A stretch of 64,000 nucleotides of DNA from Octopus sinensis (taxonomy: Eukaryota): the NCBI RefSeq assembly GCF_006345805.1, contig NC_043001.1, positions 54,808,001 through 54,872,000 of the forward strand, read 5' to 3'. This document shows positions 11,150 to 23,985 of this stretch, in pieces. The first letter of the stretch is position 1. Each line of letters begins with the position of its first letter. The position numbers and the translations under genes were made by a program. The notes beneath the pieces are model-generated. The model did not search any database, was not told the origin of the DNA, and saw only the letters and a list, made by a program, of their open reading frames with translations.

Positions 11150-11545
11150 TCTTTATATATAAAGCTGAAGTTGTCTGTGTGTGGCAGGTTTCGTAGCCTT
11201 CAACTAACACTATCTCCTCCGAGATCCTGCGGCGCAAGTTGACCAAAATTGAGAGTATGATAGAAGAAGGCTTGCTCTTCATTCCGTAGAAGAAAAAATT
11301 CAAATCAAACCATTTCAAGACCAAAAATTATTCACATCAAAACGGTGCTTTTTTTCTATGAAAATCCCTATTTTTAACGATTTTTTTACTGTTGTGTCGC
11401 CATTTTTCGGTGTATTTCAACCAGAAAAATGTTCACCTAAAGAATATAGCAAGCTACATAATACAAAATTTTTACTTTTCAAAAATTCCAATTCTAAAGG
11501 GTCGAAAAGAAAACAAACCCGAGCAACGAAGGGCTATACTACTAG
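11150..11545 (+). mobile_element. Non-autonomous Helitron-like element
   Basis: Starts TC (TCTTTATATATAAAG), ends CTAG. Degenerate subterminal hairpin CCC-GAGCAACGAA-GGG. Inserted between A(11149) and T(11546). Confidence 0.75.
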
Positions 11546-11744
11546 TCTACGAATACAATTTGACGTTGTTTACCGTACATCGCGGATAGTTTATTTATGA
11601 ATGCGGTTTGCAATAATACATGGTAAAATAAAAGCCTTTTTAAAGCTTAAAATACAAATTCAGTAATTATTACTGTTTTGCAATATTAAAAAAAAAACCC
11701 AAAATTATTTCAAATTTACCAATACGCGCATACAATTTGGCGGT

Positions 11745-12752
11745 TTACACTGCGGATGTAGATGGCTGTGGATCAACATTAACAGCTGATTCTGGATGTT
11801 CTTGTTCGATGCGCTTAAAAAACAGGTTGAGAGTTCCTTGAATTGTCTTCTTCTCCTCAAGGATTACACAATTAAGAGCAAAAGCTTCGTGACAAGTCCC
11901 CATAATCTTGGAAAAGCGTCGAGCATTTGGATGCATATCCTTGAACATAGACCTTTTTCGATATATGCAAGTGCTTGCTGCATTTTCTTAATGGTAAAGT
12001 GACGTGGCTCAGGTTCGACTTCCTCTTCTCCATTATTTTGCTGCTCGTAAAGCTCTATCAAATGCTCGTTCGTCACGGGCTGCTTGTCTTTTTCAAATAA
12101 ATCTGGAATCCTCCTCCTCCAAGTCCATTTCCAGTTCTTTGCTCGTAGTCACCAACGTTTTGCTAGCGGCAACATTATCAAACCCCTTAAAGTCATTCAC
12201 AAATTGCGGGCATAGCTTCCTTCATACACCATTCATAGCCGTACTCAGTACATCATTCCATGCTGCTGCTATGTTCTGTACAGCCTTGTAGATAACGTAT
12301 CTCTTCCAAAAGTCACGAAGTGTGATGGACTCAAGATCACTTGCAGCTATTGCTTGCCGCAGCGTACGCTTCATATAGTAACTCTTGAAGATAGCAGTTA
12401 TTCCCTAATCCATTGGCTGCAGAAGAGACGTGGTGTTCGGAGGGAGGTATATGACAGTAAGGTTGGGGTCAAAATCTATGATGTTTTGCGGGTGGCCAGG
12501 AGCATTATCTAAGATAAGTAAAACCTTAAAAGGAATTCCCTTCTTGCAGTAATTCTCTGCTGTTGGGATAAAATGATTGAAGAACCAATCCTCAAAAACA
12601 ACAGCAGTAATCCATACTTTTGAATTAACCATCCATATAACAGGGAGAGATGCCTTGGGTATGTTCTTCGTGGCACGGGGGTTGTGTGCATGATACACAA
12701 GCAATGGCTTTAACTTAAAAAATCCTGCACAATTACCTCCCAACATAATGGT
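11745..12752 (-). pseudogene. Tigger/pogo (DDE_1) transposase, C-terminal half
   Basis: KLKPLLVYHAHNPRA, WMVNSKVWIT, VLLILDNAPGHP, LPPNTTSLLQPMD; stops downstream. Confidence 0.9.
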
Positions 12753-12756
12753 CACA

Positions 12757-13470
12757 CGTTTTTATTTGTGTCAATATTTCCTTCACACTCCACCAGCTCT
12801 AAATGACTATTGCTCCAAATTGCTTCCCAGACCATCACAGAATAGCTGCTATGTTTCATTGTTGGCCGCAATCTTTTCACGTCAAATTCCTGACCACAGA
12901 GTCTCCAGACCCACACTCGGCCACTGTCAGAAAATACAGCAAATCTGGACTCATTGGAGAATATGACAGCCTCCCAAAATGCTAGTGGCCTCTCCACCAT
13001 CTCACTGGCCCAATCTTTTCTCCACTTGATATTGACTGGTCAAAGAAGTGACTTTGTTGTTGCTCTGCCATAGTAACCAAGTTTGTGTAGATACCTGACA
13101 GCTGTTCAGGGACTGGCATCAACGTGTTCTGCTATGTCAGAGGCCTTGCAACAAGAATTATCCTCCACACTTCTCTTAACAAAGAGAAGGGTTCTGTCAC
13201 AGAGCCCTGGTCAACCTGGGCGAGGTGATGTGGACTTCTTCCCCTCTCTGATGAATTGCACACTCTATTAACTGTAGAAAGCGGGATCCCAGGTTTTTCT
13301 GCGATTTTACGCTGACTTCAGATTAGCCTACAATATGGCCTCTTTAATATTGACTGTGTTCACCTTCAGATTGGCCCACAATATGGCCTTTTTGAAATTC
13401 AGACAGTTCCAAGGTTCCTTTTGTACGTGACATGATTAAACAGTCACATACAGAACCTGAAGCATAAAAA
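12757..13470 (-). mobile_element. Tc1-type transposase, N-terminal to mid fragment
   Basis: MSRTKGTLELSEFQKGHIVG; VIFSNESRF, GRVWVWR, TMKHSSYSVMVW. Confidence 0.85.
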
Positions 13471-13482
13471 TGTCCGTGTGCA

Positions 13483-13690
13483 GACAATTCGTCGATAGAA
13501 TATTCGCCGACAGTCAATTCCCACAAGGCCTCAAACTCAACACAAGTGCCTGGAGAAGGATGTGCTGCCCTGGGTCAAGAGGGTGGCTGCTGGAATACCC
13601 TATGTCTGGCAACATGACTCTGCACCACACCACACAATTGTCCTGTCTGTAAGTTGGCTGTCGGCCAAAAATGTCTGTCGATGAATTGTC
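13483..13690. mobile_element. Small MITE-like inverted repeat enclosing a Tc1/mariner-superfamily transposase fragment
   Basis: Imperfect ~31-bp inverted repeats at 13483-13513 and 13658-13690. Interior reads FPQGLKLNT / VLPWVKRVAAG.PYVWQHDSAP. Confidence 0.5.
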
Positions 13691-13978
13691 CGTCTACCAA
13701 AGTGTCACTAAGTTAGAATAAACATAAAACGACGGTTTATGTGGTGTCTATTTACTTCTGCCATGCCTGTATATATGTAATGATTTCGTTTGGGCATCGC
13801 AATGCATATAACCTGTTGGGCATTAAATATCGAAATAGCTTTAAACTCGTAATAACAATTTACTCAACAGGTAGTGACTTCTGTACTGAAAGGCTTTTAG
13901 TTATTTATGTAATATTTTGACATACGCCCAATATTATTCATAAATCTGTCTGGTTGTCTGTCTCTGTCTCTGTCTGTC

Positions 13979-14097
<119 letters not shown>

Positions 14098-14153
14098 GCG
14101 TATATATATAATACATAATGTTTGTGTAGATATACAAATGCGTAATATGCATA

Positions 14154-14207
<54 letters not shown>

Positions 14208-14396
14208 CATATATATAAATATTTATATATATACATTGTGACCACGTGTGTACCGTTGGTGATTTTTTTCCTCTGTCTTCCTTTCTCTGGATCTTTCCTT
14301 CTTTCCTGAGCGTCCAATAATACTATATTTGTTCCACGTTCTCGCGTTGTTGTGTTTTTTTGTGCTTTCTTGTTTGGATTAACTTTATATATATAT

Positions 14397-14448
<52 letters not shown>

Positions 14449-14530
14449 CACACACACACACACACATATATATAGATGTATATACATACACACGATACAT
14501 ACATACATATGTGAATATATATATATATAT

Positions 14531-14588
<58 letters not shown>

Positions 14589-14596
14589 ATCTAATT

Positions 14597-14853
14597 GTTA
14601 CTAAGGTGCAAGACAGCACTGGCATTGCTAGAAATAAGAGTCAAAGAACTCTTAGTCCCGAAGAGAGCACAGTTTCAATTCACTGACGAAGCAAACAACC
14701 TCTCACAGCAAGTGAGGGCGCCATATGAACCGGTCGATTTCGGATAGAATTAATCCCCATCGGTGAGATCCTAGAAACTGTGCTCTGTTTGTGGGTAACA
14801 GTTCTTTTACTCTTATTTCTAGCAATGCAGGAGTAAACTTGCACCCTAGTCAC
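14597..14853. repeat. Imperfect 80-bp inverted repeat with a 97-bp spacer
   Basis: 14597-14676 versus the reverse complement of 14774-14853, roughly 80% identical by eye. Confidence 0.85.
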
Positions 14854-14899
14854 TTCAGTGATTTTGTCTTTTAGTTGTAATTTGCGTTTAGCCACTTCA

Positions 14900-15336
14900 G
14901 ATAACCTCTTCCAAAAAAGAAGAAAAAAAATCCAGAACAAATACATCTACAGAAATAAATACATGTCCACCTAGATCAAACAATCAACATCCAAAAGAAT
15001 ACAAACACAGAAAACTGACTTATTGCCTAGAAGTAAACCATTCTCTATCTAATAACAGAGACTACTCATCAATTAGAAATACCAGAAGAAACCAACCGAG
15101 AGTTAGGAGTCATTTTTTCTCCCTAGCAACTAGAAACATCCAAGAGACCCCCTTTACTCCTCAACGATGAAACTCAACCTACGGATCCTCATCCTATTTA
15201 CCCAGACAGCACAACAAGCTCCCCAGCATTCCAAGCATAATTAAGCATCCCAACAATTCATTGCAACGAAGAAACCCTAACCACGTGCTCCCAACCAGTT
15301 TACCCAGGCAACAACACCAGCCTCCCAGCAATCCCA

Positions 15337-15390
<54 letters not shown>

Positions 15391-16625
15391 TTTAATTAAT
15401 AACAATAATAACACCAATAATAACTTCGACCAACCAAATTACAATAAACATTTTTTAGACCAAGTGGAGAGAAACAGGGACACACGTTGGAACAAAACTT
15501 ACAGGAGAAACCCAAAGTAATTAACTTATCAAAGAAAACTCTCTCAATAACAAAAATCAGCATTCTAAACAAAGGTTTAAAGTTTACTCCAACCCCAAGA
15601 AAATCTAACCATAATGAAATTAAAGACAGTATTTCGGAATTGTACAGAAAACTACGACTCGCAGAAGCACTAACTGACTACAACAACGAAGATGAATCAC
15701 TAGTCAAAAACAGATGTAATTACCTTCCACACAAGGGTAGGAATAAAACACTGGATGACTTCTGCGATCATATCCAAAATTTCCCTTATACATCCCATAA
15801 ACGGAAAATTAATTCGAACCTCAACAATCTGGAATGAAGAAATCTAATTGAACTACAAAACGACGAACTGATAATTAAAGAAGCAGACAAAAGAAGTGCT
15901 GTAGTTCTGATGGACACAGAACACTATAAAAACCTAGTATTATCCATACTAGAAAACGAGGCCTTCTACGAAAAAGTTATAATCTATAAAAAAAAACAAT
16001 GAAAAATCTTGCATCCTTAATTCTTTTACATGGAAAAGGCTTGAGAGAGAAAGAAACAGACTACATCACGAACTTCAAATGTAAACCCAGTTTTTTTTAC
16101 GGCCTTCATAAAATACACAAGAGCAAGATAATCAATGAAGCCTGCAAACAATCACCAGGCAAATACATAAATATCCAAACCCCAGGAGACTTAACTTTAA
16201 GACCCATTGTAGCTGGGCCAGCCTGTGAAACCCACCGCCTAAGCAATTTTCTTGACATCCTATTGAAATCCTTGCTGAAATACATCAAAAGTTTCATTAG
16301 AGACGATTTAGACATGCTAGAACACCTACCAAAAACAATTAATGAAGAGGTGATATTGGTTACCTTCGATGTTATCAATTTTTACACTAACATTCCACAT
16401 GACCATGGAATAAAAGTAATTAAATTCTGGTTGGAAAAGTACCCCGAAGTGCTCACGGAACGCATAAATCAGATCTTTATCATTGAATCTTTAAAATTTA
16501 TACTTCAGAACAATTATTTTCTATTTGATGACACACACTATCGTCAAAAATGCGGAATTGCGATGGAAACGAAAGCAGCCCCTGTTCTTGCGAACCTAAT
16601 AATGGGTTATTTTGAATTCTCCTTA
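14900..16625 (+). mobile_element. Second Penelope-like element, N-terminus through RT, 3'-truncated
   Basis: VINLS, LNKGLKFTPTP, IKEADK, RPIVAGPACETHRLS, FDVINFYTNIPH, RQKCGIAM.TKAAP. Stop at 15835 and a frameshift near 15990. Confidence 0.9.
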
Positions 16626-16980
16626 TATTTCAAAGAGGTCGTATTGTTGGGCAACCTGAGGCTGGTCTTAGCCACCGAAAAATTGCCGAAAATCTTCAAA
16701 TTCTTCTTGCTGCTGTTAATAGAATTATAGTGCAATTCAAAACCCAAGGAAGAGAATCAACAGATTCTCATCCCAGCGGAACATGGCTCTAGGAAAAGAA
16801 GCTTCGTTGTTTGAAGAGAATTGTGGAAAACGAACCCAGTTCGAAGGCTTCTGACATTACAAAACAGCTAGAAGTTAGTCTAAGAACGTGTATTACATAT
16901 CTGCATAAGCTTGGGTATTATAACGAGTAGTTAGAAGAAAACCTATCCTTCAACCAATTAATATCAAATAAAAGATTTTG
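16626..16980 (+). mobile_element. Tc1 transposase N-terminal fragment
   Basis: [25 protein letters not shown]... is similar to the 13000-13450 copy. Confidence 0.75.
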
Positions 16981-17029
16981 AAATTTAAAGGTGTCTATTT
17001 ACTTCCTGCATGTCTGTGTATATATATAC

Positions 17030-17190
17030 ACGACGTGTTTCTTTCAGTTTCCGTCTACCAAATCCACTCAGAGGGTTTTCGTCGGCTTGAGGCTTTAGTA
17101 GAAGACACTTGCCCAAGGTTCCACGCAGTTGGACTGAGCCTGAAACCATGTAGTTGGGAAGCAAGCGTCTTACCACACAGCCATTTCTGC
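17030..17190 (-). mobile_element. SINE family S3, 5' half
   Basis: Reverse complement aligns to 37365-37525. Confidence 0.8.
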
Positions 17191-17553
17191 GCTTATGTAT
17201 AAAAATATATTTATACAAATCTCCCTTAAATTTCATCCCGCCATAAGAAGTTTTAAAATGATACATTAGATAAGAGCAGTCTTGCGCATATTCCTAAAAA
17301 GGTATCACATCTTGAATGTCTTTCTTGTTAGATCTGATTAGGCGCGGTCCCAGGAATTTTTTAAAGGGAGGGCACATGGTCAGAAATTGCAGGAGAAAAG
17401 GCCGTAATAACATTATTTAGAAGAGAAGGGCGCACTTCTTTTCTTGGGTGATGTGAGAGGCACGTGCCTCTCAGCCCCCCTCCCCTTGGGTCTTCCCCTG
17501 CTAATTGATAAGGGCTGATTATTTGTTAAAGAAGAAGAAAAAGAAGAGCAACA

Positions 17554-17601
<48 letters not shown>

Positions 17602-18112
17602 GCTACTGCTGCTGCTGCTGCTGCTGCTGCGGCTGCTGCTGATGCTGCTACAAAACCAACAAAATAACAATAGAGACCTTCTGTCTGGCATTTGCAAATT
17701 TGTAAAGTATTAGTAAGCATTTCTTAGAATGCAGTAGAAACAAATTCAGAGAAGCGACAGTTCTCATTAATAAACATATAATTTATCTGGTATTTTACAG
17801 TAAACATCTGCGGACCTTTACTTGTGACTTCACGTAATGTATTTAGTAATCAAACTCGAATAACTTCCTATGTTATGAAAAGGTCCGATGAAGTTGCCGA
17901 TCTTTCAAAATGGCTTTGACTAAAATTGTTCTTTTTTTTTTGTTTTCTTTGGTACATGATTATTTCTAGTTAATATATGGAGTTTCCCCTTCAAAATATG
18001 CGTTAAATCAACTGATATTTCATTACTTTAGTCAGTTTAAGACACATCATAGAGCATTGCCCACTCAGTCCTCATAACTCACAATGACGCACCTAGCTAC
18101 CTGAATACATGC

Positions 18113-18155
<43 letters not shown>

Positions 18156-18207
18156 GCATTCTCTCCACCCTGTACTATAGAAATATAAGAATGTAACGCA
18201 TATTATA

Positions 18208-18260
<53 letters not shown>

Positions 18261-20145
18261 ACACACACACACACAACACACACACACAGATTCATCGTAA
18301 TTTTTTTGATACAACCTAAATTTCTCAAATATTTTGACTCTCACCATACAATAGAACAACATTGTGAATAGGATTGTTAGCGGACCGTGGAATGTCAAGT
18401 AAATATAAAGTTTCTCGTCTTTTTAAATTTGGAACATTTTGATATTTTGTGCCAACAGTCGTTTTTTTTTCACGAAAAAATACAATCAACATCAAAAGCT
18501 AAGCCACAAAATTGTGTGGTTTTATATTTTTAATGATGTCATACATACAATCCGTGATGTTTGATTTGTTTAGCTCTAAAACATCTATTGTTAATACGTT
18601 TGGGCTTTTCATAAACTACGCCTTTTTACCGTAATTCTGTTTTAATTTTTTTTCTTTTTTAGACAGGCCACAATCAATCCTGTTTTACAATTTTGAAATA
18701 AATTTACTGAGGAATATTAAACAGCCGTCATGCAAGTTCCGTATTCTCGAAAGATAAAATGGTGAATGCGTTGCTTTGAAGGTTGGCGAAGGAGATGTGC
18801 TGAAAGTGCCAGTTACCTTGTGGGACTTGTTCATGCGTATAAACATCTCTACTCTTGTCAGACCTAGTATGGAGGTAGTTTGGGTTCCCAAAACGTCGGA
18901 CGTTTCCAAAGCTTGCGATCCTCAGCAGATCGGAGAAAAAACAAAGTCTGATACCAATTTCAATAGGTTGTCGCAGGAAAAAATATCACCTTTAAGTCGC
19001 ATCCCAGTTAAGGGACTTGTCTTGGAACAGGAAGGCTGTGCCTAATCTGTTGGTTTCTAACCCCGCCGATTTAAGTTGCGACGGAAAACCACATTTGACG
19101 ATATTGTAGCAGAAGAATGCTCACAGTTTGGCTCTTTACCTTTAAATACCCACATTTTGGCTCATCACGTTTTGGTCTAGTCTCGTGACAGACCAGCCGA
19201 GATTAGGAAATTTATGTCTGGACGCATCTCACGCTATTTTTTCAGTGAAGTGGGTTTGCACGATGGAGTTTGGATCTTCGGCTGAGAGTAAGTTTTATTC
19301 CGCAGGCAGCCTCGGCTATTCTTTGAAGTGTCCGTTTGTTCTTATCTTCCAACAGAAGTCATGTCTCGTATTTGTTTTTCCTATTCTATATCGCATACAT
19401 AATAATTATGTACCAACTGCATGTTAAACCATTGTGTATATATTCCTTCAAGATGTATCTCAACAGCTTTGCCATGTCAATGCTCTGTAACGGGTTGAAT
19501 TTAATCCTGGTTTTCTTGTCCTTCTTTTATCTATACACGCAGCCTTACTCAAACCTGCTTTATCTATCAGCACAACTTCAGCCGTTAAAATGTCATCGTG
19601 GGCAACCGGTGTTGAGACGGCATGACAACGAGTGGAGTCCTTAAACGGCTACGGTAGACCTGCATCGGTGTCTCCCACGCCCGAAGTTCAAGTAGAATGA
19701 AACTCCCATTTGTATCGGTTGAAAAACAACAATATTCTAAACTTCGACGAGCATTTCTTTAGGTTTGAACAAAATTATTGTATTCAAGTGGTTCCAGTTG
19801 ATTCTGCTTAATTTCCTGCTTTCAGCGATTGAAATTCTCAAGCGATTAAACGGAATATGCAATAAACCGAATTCACTAAACAGGCGATGGATCACTAAAC
19901 TTCGCTATCTGATTAGCAGTTAAATATGTTATGTTACACATGACTAGGTTATAAAAGGAAACAAAAACACGTCCCTTTACTGACAGTGCGTTCTATTTAA
20001 GTGCAAATTATTACACGTACACACATATAAATTCATCAAGGCGGTGGTGCCCCAGCATGACCGCAGTCTAACGACTGAAACAGGGTAAAGAAAATAAATA
20101 TATGTAATATACGTATGTAATCTATATATATATATATAATATATA

Positions 20146-20188
<43 letters not shown>

Positions 20189-20439
20189 GGTGTGCATCGC
20201 TAAAACTCGAGATCTACCAAACGATTTCATTCCAATTTTACACGTCTTACTTAGAGTCAATGGAGTGTCATGGGCCAAACAAAATTCCCAACTTTTTGCC
20301 AAATGCGAGCCCGAAGCAATCTCTTATTTCTTAGGCTGTATCGGTATTACGTGTCAATGGTGAAACAATAGCATCTCTAGTGTAATGTGATGCAATACTT
20401 TCACTATGTATTTATATACATGTTTATATATATATACAT

Positions 20440-20497
<58 letters not shown>

Positions 20498-21130
20498 CAA
20501 TTAGGTTGACGCATTTTTTCATGCCGGCTTCAGTGTTGTCGTCGAGCGTACTTGGGCTTGTGTTAGGAGACTTTTCATAGATCAATACTGTTACTACCAC
20601 AACAGGTCATTTATAGGCCACTTGGCCATTTAAAAGGATTCTTCTTCTTCTTCTTCTCTTCTTCTTCTTCTTCTTCTTCTTCTTCTTCTTCTTCTTCTTC
20701 TTCTTCTTCTTCTTCTTCTTCTTCTTCTTCTTCTTCTTCTTCTTCTTCTTCTTCTTCTTCTTCTTCGCGGTCTCCTTCCTCTTCTACTTCTGCTGCTTAA
20801 ACAATCAAAACCAAGAACTCATATAAAATATTAGGACAGCTACTACTTGCTACCAAACCTTCACAAGAGTAAAAAAGAGAGAGGGACAGACAGAAAAAAA
20901 GGAAAACGCCTCTTGCATTTGAAAACTATGGAAATATTTTAAAGATGTATTTCATTAATTTTCCCACAATTTAATTGTTTTTCATGCTTTACCTTCAGTT
21001 GAAAAAGTCGCCAAGACTGAAACCGATACTAAAATGTTCCCCATGATAAAATTATTTTAGCATTTTGTACCTTGTCTGATTTTCCTTTTACATATATATA
21101 TATATATAAATAAATAAATAAATATATATG

Positions 21131-22376
21131 CAGGGCTTGGACAAAATGGAAACACCTTAACATTTCAAGCAAATTTATCTTAATATGGGGTAGGACTGCT
21201 TTTGGCAATAATTACCCCCTGAATTTTACGAGGTATGGACTCGTACAAAGTTTTAGTTGTTTCCAAAGGAAGTTTTGTCCATTCTTCAGCTAAAACAGTC
21301 TCCAGTTCTTGTAGTGATGACGGTGGAGGATATCGATTCCTTACTTGTCTTTCTAAAATACGCCATAAATGTTCAATAATATTGAAATCTGGGGACTGTG
21401 GTGGCCAGATAAGATGTTCAACTTCACTAGAATGTTCCTCGTGTCATTCAGTAACAATTTTAGCTGTATGAATTGGTACGTTATCATCCTGGATGATTGC
21501 GTTTCCTTCCGGAAACAGTTCCGCAACTATTGGATGAATTTGATCAGATAAAATGCTTAAATAGTCTTGACTATTAATTCTGCTATGAAGGGAAACCATT
21601 GGGTCGGCGGATTTCCAAGATATAGCCCCCCCCCCGCCCCAGATCATCACACAACCTCCTCCATGTTTAACAGTTGGAAGAAGGCAGCCTGGGTCAAATG
21701 CTTCTTTTGGCTGTCTCTACCCGTATACTCGGCCAGTGGTCGGAAATAAGGTAAAAAACAACTCGTCCCAGAAAATAGCATTCTTCCATAATCTAGGGAC
21801 CAATTCTGTAGGCTTTTACTCCACTCTAAACGTTTTGCAACGTTTGTTTTTGAAAGTAGTGGTTTTCTGATTGCAGCCCTCCCGTGAAATCAGGCTTTGT
21901 GCAGTTCCTGGTGAACAGTTCTTGTGGAAACTGGGTTCTCGAGGTGGTCATTAAACTCTGCAGTAATTTTGTGAGCTGTACTTTTGTGAACTCTTCTAAC
22001 AATTCGCGTCAGAGTTTTACGGTCCCTATCTGAAAGTTTTGGCTTTCTTCCGGAATTTTGTTTCGACGAGGAGGTTTTTCCCTCTTTCTTAAAGGTTGTC
22101 ATTACTGTCGAGACAGTACTTCTTGATACACCAAACATTTCGACTGTTTTCGTTACGCTAGCGCCTGCCATACGATAACCAACAATTTGACCGCTTTGAA
22201 AGTTCGATAGATCTGTCATTTTAATGAATTTTAATTACCTTTTTCTGAAGAAGAAGAAGAAGAAGAAGAAGAAGAAGAAGACATAAGAATCCTCTTAAAT
22301 GGTCAAGTGACCTATAAATGACCTGTTGTGGTAGTAATAGTAGTGATCTATGAAAAGTCTCCTAATACAAGCCCAA
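21131..22376 (-). mobile_element. Tc1 (DD34E) element with near-complete transposase relic at 21180-22219
   Basis: MTDLSNFQSGQIVG, SGRKPKLS, TVKHGGG.VMIWG, QDDNVPIHT, WPPQSPDFNIIEHLW. Terminal sequence CAGGGCTTGGACAAAATGGAAACACC at 21131. Confidence 0.9.
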
Positions 22377-23071
22377 ATATCCATCAAATGTAAATAATGT
22401 AAGTAATGTTATAAAGAATAAGTCCTAGGGTTGATTTGTTCGACTAATGGCGGTGCTCCAGCATGGTCGCAGTCAAATGACTGAAACAAGTAAAAGAATC
22501 TACTATAATGATATTCTTGTATTTTTTCCATCATCACAACATATGAATGTGAAAGGAAGCAGTAATGGCAAACTGGTAGTGGGATGATGGAAATTCTACG
22601 GGGAAAAAACTCAAGCAGCGTTTCAACTCTGCGTGAGTATATGTGCGTGTATGTAAAAGGGAGGTATGCGCGCGTGTGTGTGTGTGTATGTGCAATGGAA
22701 GTGGAATGGTGAACATTCAACGCTGAAAAGTAAAATTAAACAGCGTTTCAACTCAGTATGAGTATATATGTGTGAACCAAAGTTCTTTCAGTAACAAACG
22801 ATGATCGTTGTCACATCTCAAAAGACAACCACTAGATAACATTGACAAGTGTATTAATTTGATTTACCATCCATATTCTATCTATTTTGTCAAAAATAAT
22901 TATTACAATAACACACATCTACACAAACATACATATACAAATTCATTAGAGAAAATAATTATTGCCTGAGTGTACTAACAATATAAATCGACTGTAGTTG
23001 AAAGTATATGATAAATTTTTGTTATAAAAGAATTACTAAACTAAAAACTTCGCTTTGTACCTTATTTATAT

Positions 23072-23368
23072 ATTGTTGTTATTTCCTTCTCGAGCCACGC
23101 CTGGCTCATAGGGGCCGGTTTCCCGGTTTCCTTGGCGTATAGGTTCCCCACCTGGACGGGACGCCGGTGAGCTGCAGGATGCAGGAGGAAAGAGTGAGAA
23201 AAAGTTGTGGCGAAAGAGTCAGCAGAGGTTCGCCATTACCTTCTGCCGGAGCCGCGTGGAGCTTAGGTGTTTCGCTCATAAGCACACACATCGCTCGGTC
23301 TGAGATTCGAACCCGCAACCCTTCGACCGCGAGTCAGCTGCTATAACCACTAGGCCATGTGCCTCCAC
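23072..23368 (-). mobile_element. tRNA-derived SINE family S2, complete with (AAC)n-like tail
   Basis: A box TGGCCTAGTGG and B box GGTTCGAA on the minus strand. Confidence 0.85.
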
Positions 23369-23522
23369 TTATTTGTATATAAAATACTACAAATCACCGT
23401 CATTTTTGACGGCATGGGGCCAGCTAGTAAAAAAATAAAATAAACTGGGTAATGTCACGGGTAGTATAAGGTAGAGAGAGGATGACAAAAAGAGGTAGTG
23501 ATAGTATTTTATATATAAATAA

Positions 23523-23755
23523 GTGGAGGCACATGGCCTAGTGGTTAGAGCAGCAGACTCGCGGTCGAAGGGTCGCGGGTTCGAATCTCAGACCGGGCGA
23601 TGTGTGTGTTTATGAGCGAAACACCTAAGCTCCACGCGGCTCCGGCAGAAGGTAATGGCGAACTTCTGCCGACACTTTCGCCACAACTTTTTCTCATTCT
23701 TTCCTCCTGCATCTTGCAGCTCACCTGCGACGGACCGGTGTCCCGTCCAGGTGGC
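23523..23755 (+). mobile_element. tRNA-derived SINE family S2, 3'-truncated
   Basis: Highly similar to the reverse complement of 23130-23368. Confidence 0.85.
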
Positions 23756-23756
23756 T

Positions 23757-23985
23757 CGTTGCTTAGAGCTAGGTATTGGACTCATGATCGTAATATTGTG
23801 GTTTCGATACCGGGACCGTCGACGCGCTGTGTTCTTTAGCAAAACACTTCATTTCACGCTGTCCCAGTTCACTCAACTTGCAAAAATTAATAATCCTGCG
23901 ACGGATCGGCGTCCCGTGGAGAGGGAAATATATACGGCACAGAAACGGAGAAACCGGCTTTGTGAGTCTGTATGACTCATCTCTA
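23757..23985 (+). mobile_element. SINE family S1-like copy
   Basis: B-box-like GGTTTCGATACC followed by GCAAAACACTTCATTTCAC...CCAGTTCACTCA. Confidence 0.65.

Noticed and set aside
15835-15837. In-frame TGA in the second PLE as a possible selenocysteine codon
   Set aside because: It falls where Trp is expected rather than at a Cys motif, so TGG-to-TGA decay is simpler, and the copy has other lesions.
15999-16730. 243-aa ORF as a PLE RT-Tc1 fusion protein
   Set aside because: After 16625 the ORF reads the Tc1 fragment out of its transposase frame and stops; this is a chance junction.
23523-23600. tRNA gene
   Set aside because: A and B boxes are present but there is no acceptor-stem closure, and it continues into a body shared with another copy; it is a SINE head. 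The same applies at 3930-4003 and 41108.
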